64,000 nucleotides of DNA from Nemertoderma westbladi (taxonomy: Eukaryota > Animalia > Xenacoelomorpha): NCBI GenBank assembly GCA_032718475.1, contig JAUCBJ010001713.1:7891-71890 (forward strand), written 5' to 3'. This document shows, one piece after another, positions 60,803-64,000 of the stretch. The translations under genes and the position numbers were made by a program. The first letter of the stretch is position 1; the number at the start of each line of letters is the position of its first letter. The notes beneath the pieces are model-generated. The model ran no database searches and had not been told where the DNA came from. It saw only the letters and a program-made list of their open reading frames with translations.

Positions 60803-62280
60803 TTTTCTGAAAAGTTGAAAATGTAGCATACATAACTGATGCGTTAAACTAAGATGCCGGTATGAACGGATGGGGTGTAATGTAGCAGTTTTTTTGTTCC
60901 AGTAACAGTCGGTTAGTTTCTAAGGCCCACACCTAGGTTTTCTTTAATTACGAAGGTTGTCCGTTAATATAGGCAACTGTTTTCAATATCAACGCCATAA
61001 TTATGTACTCTGACAGGCATAATGTCCCAACTTAAACATGCATTACATAATGCCTACAATCGGGCTTCACCGCATAATCTTTAACATGATGGTATCACTT
61101 TAGAAAAATGAAATGGTTGGGTAATGAGAGTATTCAATCTTGGGAGTAAGTGTGGTATGGCGATCGCATTGCCTTACATGTAACTCCAAGAGAGAGGAGC
61201 CTTCGGGTTGCCTCGGTGGTTCGTGTTTCACACGTTCACTAATTACTTTACTTTCTCTTTACTTTATCACTGTAGAATACTTAACCAAGCTTCCTTGTAT
61301 CCAAGTCGATAAAGGGACTTATCAGTCAGTGTCTTATCCAGTGTTCACCGAGATCCAGCAGTTTTGTCAAACAAAACTTGCATCTTTCCAGATGTTGATT
61401 CAACCATCCACACATTCGGATGGTTGAGGTCAGTTAGCTTATTAGGTCCGAACACACTAACGTCTTTACTTAGATCTCTTTTCAGACTACATAGGTGCAC
61501 ATTCTATGCCCCTGTATAGGTTCTACTAAGATTCTCATCATAAGTGTATTACATCGCCATAGCCACCGCCAGCCCAAACTAAATCGTACTAGATAATGTA
61601 ATAACCATCTGCCCCTTGGCAAAGTTGCCGCAATATTACCAGCAAATATATCACCACAGTGATGCTGTGAAACTGAAGAACTACAGTAGTCTTACATTAG
61701 TGGTCACACTCAAACTACAAAGTGCAACTTACCACGCCATAAGCAATAAGGTATTTTTTCCGCGCTCCAAAAATATATGGGATACGAATTTTGTAATTAT
61801 AAAACCACGTATCTTAAAGTAATGAGTAGTTAATAATTACAATATAGTTAATATTATGCTATTAATAATATATAGGAAATATTTATGTTCTTGTACTGTT
61901 TTTATATACAGTACATTATCGCGGTGTATATAAGCCTTTCGAATGAAAATGATTAAAAATTTCGTTGAATTCCATTCGTTATTGTGAAACGTAGAAATAT
62001 GGTCTTATCGAAAATAGCGGAAAAGTTTTAATTTTTCATTAAACTTCAAACCCATTTACCTCAGAATCTATTTTTTTTTACAAAAAAGTCTATCGAACGA
62101 TTTTTGTGGAAATCAGTTTAATTTTGGAATAACAGAGTTTTAAAATATTATGCTTGTCTTTAACACTATCGAGCAATTTTATTAAAATTGATTTGAGGTC
62201 AATTTAGAGCCAAAAGGCACCAAAAACGGCACAAGGAATTAGCACCTGTTACTTAGCCAACGTGTATTGGGGTGAGTTGT

Positions 62281-62467
62281 GGGGCGAGGCAAAACTGCGA
62301 GCCATCAGCGAACTGTTATAATTATACTATGGCGGTTTTCTCAAAGAGTGTGTGTGTGTGTGTGTCGGAAACCATAATTGTCGGAAGCCAATATATAACT
62401 AGCCATAGTATAATTATAATTGTTCGCTAAGATGCCTTGCAGCTTTTGCTGCACGAAGGCCCACTCG
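62281..62467 (-). mobile_element. Minimal (187-bp) ACA-family element
   Basis: Minus strand ACA|CGAGTGGGCCTTCGTGCAGCA ... GCCTCGCCCC|ACA, with an internal (CA)n tract. Confidence 0.65.
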
Positions 62468-63699
62468 TGTCCCATGGTGTTGGTGTGGATCTGCACAGAT
62501 TTTCGCTGCTCTTTCTCTTCCTTAGGAATGATCTCAGGGGTGATCAGCTGACTACTTCCGATCATCACTGATTGCATCCATATCCGTGTCACTAAGGTCG
62601 ATTTTCATTTCTTTGGTTATGGATTATAGGCCGTTTTTTATTTAGTATTAGTAGCTTTAAATTAAATAATATATAATAATAGTAATGTGCTACTGCTACT
62701 GTACTGTAGTACTGTACTTTACAACTGGAAGTTGCAAAATTGGAAGATACTTTTAGTTAATTAATTTTCTATAAAGATATTTTACGATATATGCATAGAA
62801 ATATACAATAAATTGAATACGGATTATTATTAATTACTAGAAATATATGAATTGCATTGGCGGCATATGGCCTGCCTGTATTTTGATGCTTTTATGTACT
62901 CTATCTACTATTGAAACTATATTACCAGTAGTGCCTTAATAATACATGTGGCAACAGATGTGTGAAGTCCTAGTTTGTAAATTCTTCTCGGATGACACTG
63001 GAAGTTGACTATTTGCCATTTTATTTTGTTTATTAATTGAAATAATTATAAATATAGTCTATAACAAAACACCTACGAAATATTTCAGGGCCACATTGGA
63101 AGCCGCTCTGCTCAGGCGGAGAAAGAGACGCAAGTCGATCAAATAAATTTCATTGGTGTCAGTGGAAATAGGAGATACGTAGCTCAATACATCTGGCATT
63201 AAATTTTGCTCCCTTTTTAGGTTTCTATACAATTTCAATGGATTTACAATCAAGGTACCAATGTTGGATAGATGTAAATGTTCTCACAAACTGCTATAAT
63301 CGGTATATTATCAATTAATAGGTGAGTGAATACGGGTACCGGTACTGAATTGAATAGGCCTACAGTATGTAAATGAAACTGTCATAAGATCAACGGATAT
63401 ATTTACATGCGCCACCATACGGTGGATATTAGAATTAGGATTATGGTAACAATACCCCTCGCATTTTAATGATACTTGCACGTACTGTAGCTCCAACACT
63501 CATGCAAATATATCTCGCGTATAATTATCTAAATCTATGAATAGTGTATATAGTTTTCCTATTTTTAGAGTTTTGGTAACTGTATTAGTTTGACAATCTG
63601 TGATACTGCAACCCATTAATTTCATCCGTTTGATCCAATACAAACCGAGTAGCTCATATCCGTATATATTAAAAATGCTATAGTGGTACATATATCAAC

Positions 63700-64000
63700 A
63701 AATTGGCACCGAGAAGTCCCTATCACCAATGATTTTTGTGAGATCATCCGCATCTTTAAGGCCAATGAACTTTAAGAAATTACAAGAAAGTCATGGGCTA
63801 TCCATGATGCTTTTTCTATATCCATGAGGCCGCCAAACACAATATTGTAGGCCTACCCAGGATGTGCACAATGTTCTGCTCAGCGGAGGCGAGTCAGTTC
63901 AAGTGACATTGTGTGAAGGAGAGACAAATAGTGAGACACCTCCTATGCTTGATATAAATCTCATCTCGGAGAATTAACATCTCGTCTCAATGTTCAATTA
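63700..64000 (-). mobile_element. Decayed 3' part of an RTE related to 33891-36130
   Basis: AGATCATCCGCATCTT(T/C)AAGGCCA...CAAGAAAGTCATGGGCT and GCGGAGGCGA...TGAGACACCTCC are shared with 34000-34202. Confidence 0.7.

Noticed and set aside
61150-61435. + strand branch point, polypyrimidine tract and AG followed by a possible exon
   Set aside because: All three frames hit stops and no partner exons are recognisable; could be non-coding but unsupported

Overview
AT-rich animal genomic DNA with spliceosomal introns. It looks like a marine invertebrate, possibly an echinoderm, but that is inference only. The backbone is one minus-strand DEG/ENaC (ASIC-superfamily) channel gene. I reconstructed it as 8 in-phase coding exons (60802 to 27200; 1515 nt, 504 aa), with a GC-AG first intron and a 23-kb sixth intron. 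That intron holds two intronless same-strand genes (an erythroferrone/adipolin-like C1q protein and a SEL1-repeat/MYND-finger protein), a well-formed type-P1 twister ribozyme, a hammerhead-like relic, and nested hAT, MULE, Helitron, RTE and foldback elements. The first 27 kb is repeat-derived. It contains tandem Helitrons carrying ~146-bp repeats with CTCF-like motifs, a CR1/L2-type LINE split by a TIR-less element that duplicates the trinucleotide ACA (several family members in the window), GTCT/ATCT minisatellite arrays that produce the long spurious ORFs, and a recent ~3.6-kb tandem duplication. All calls come from reading the sequence by eye; no database searches were run.
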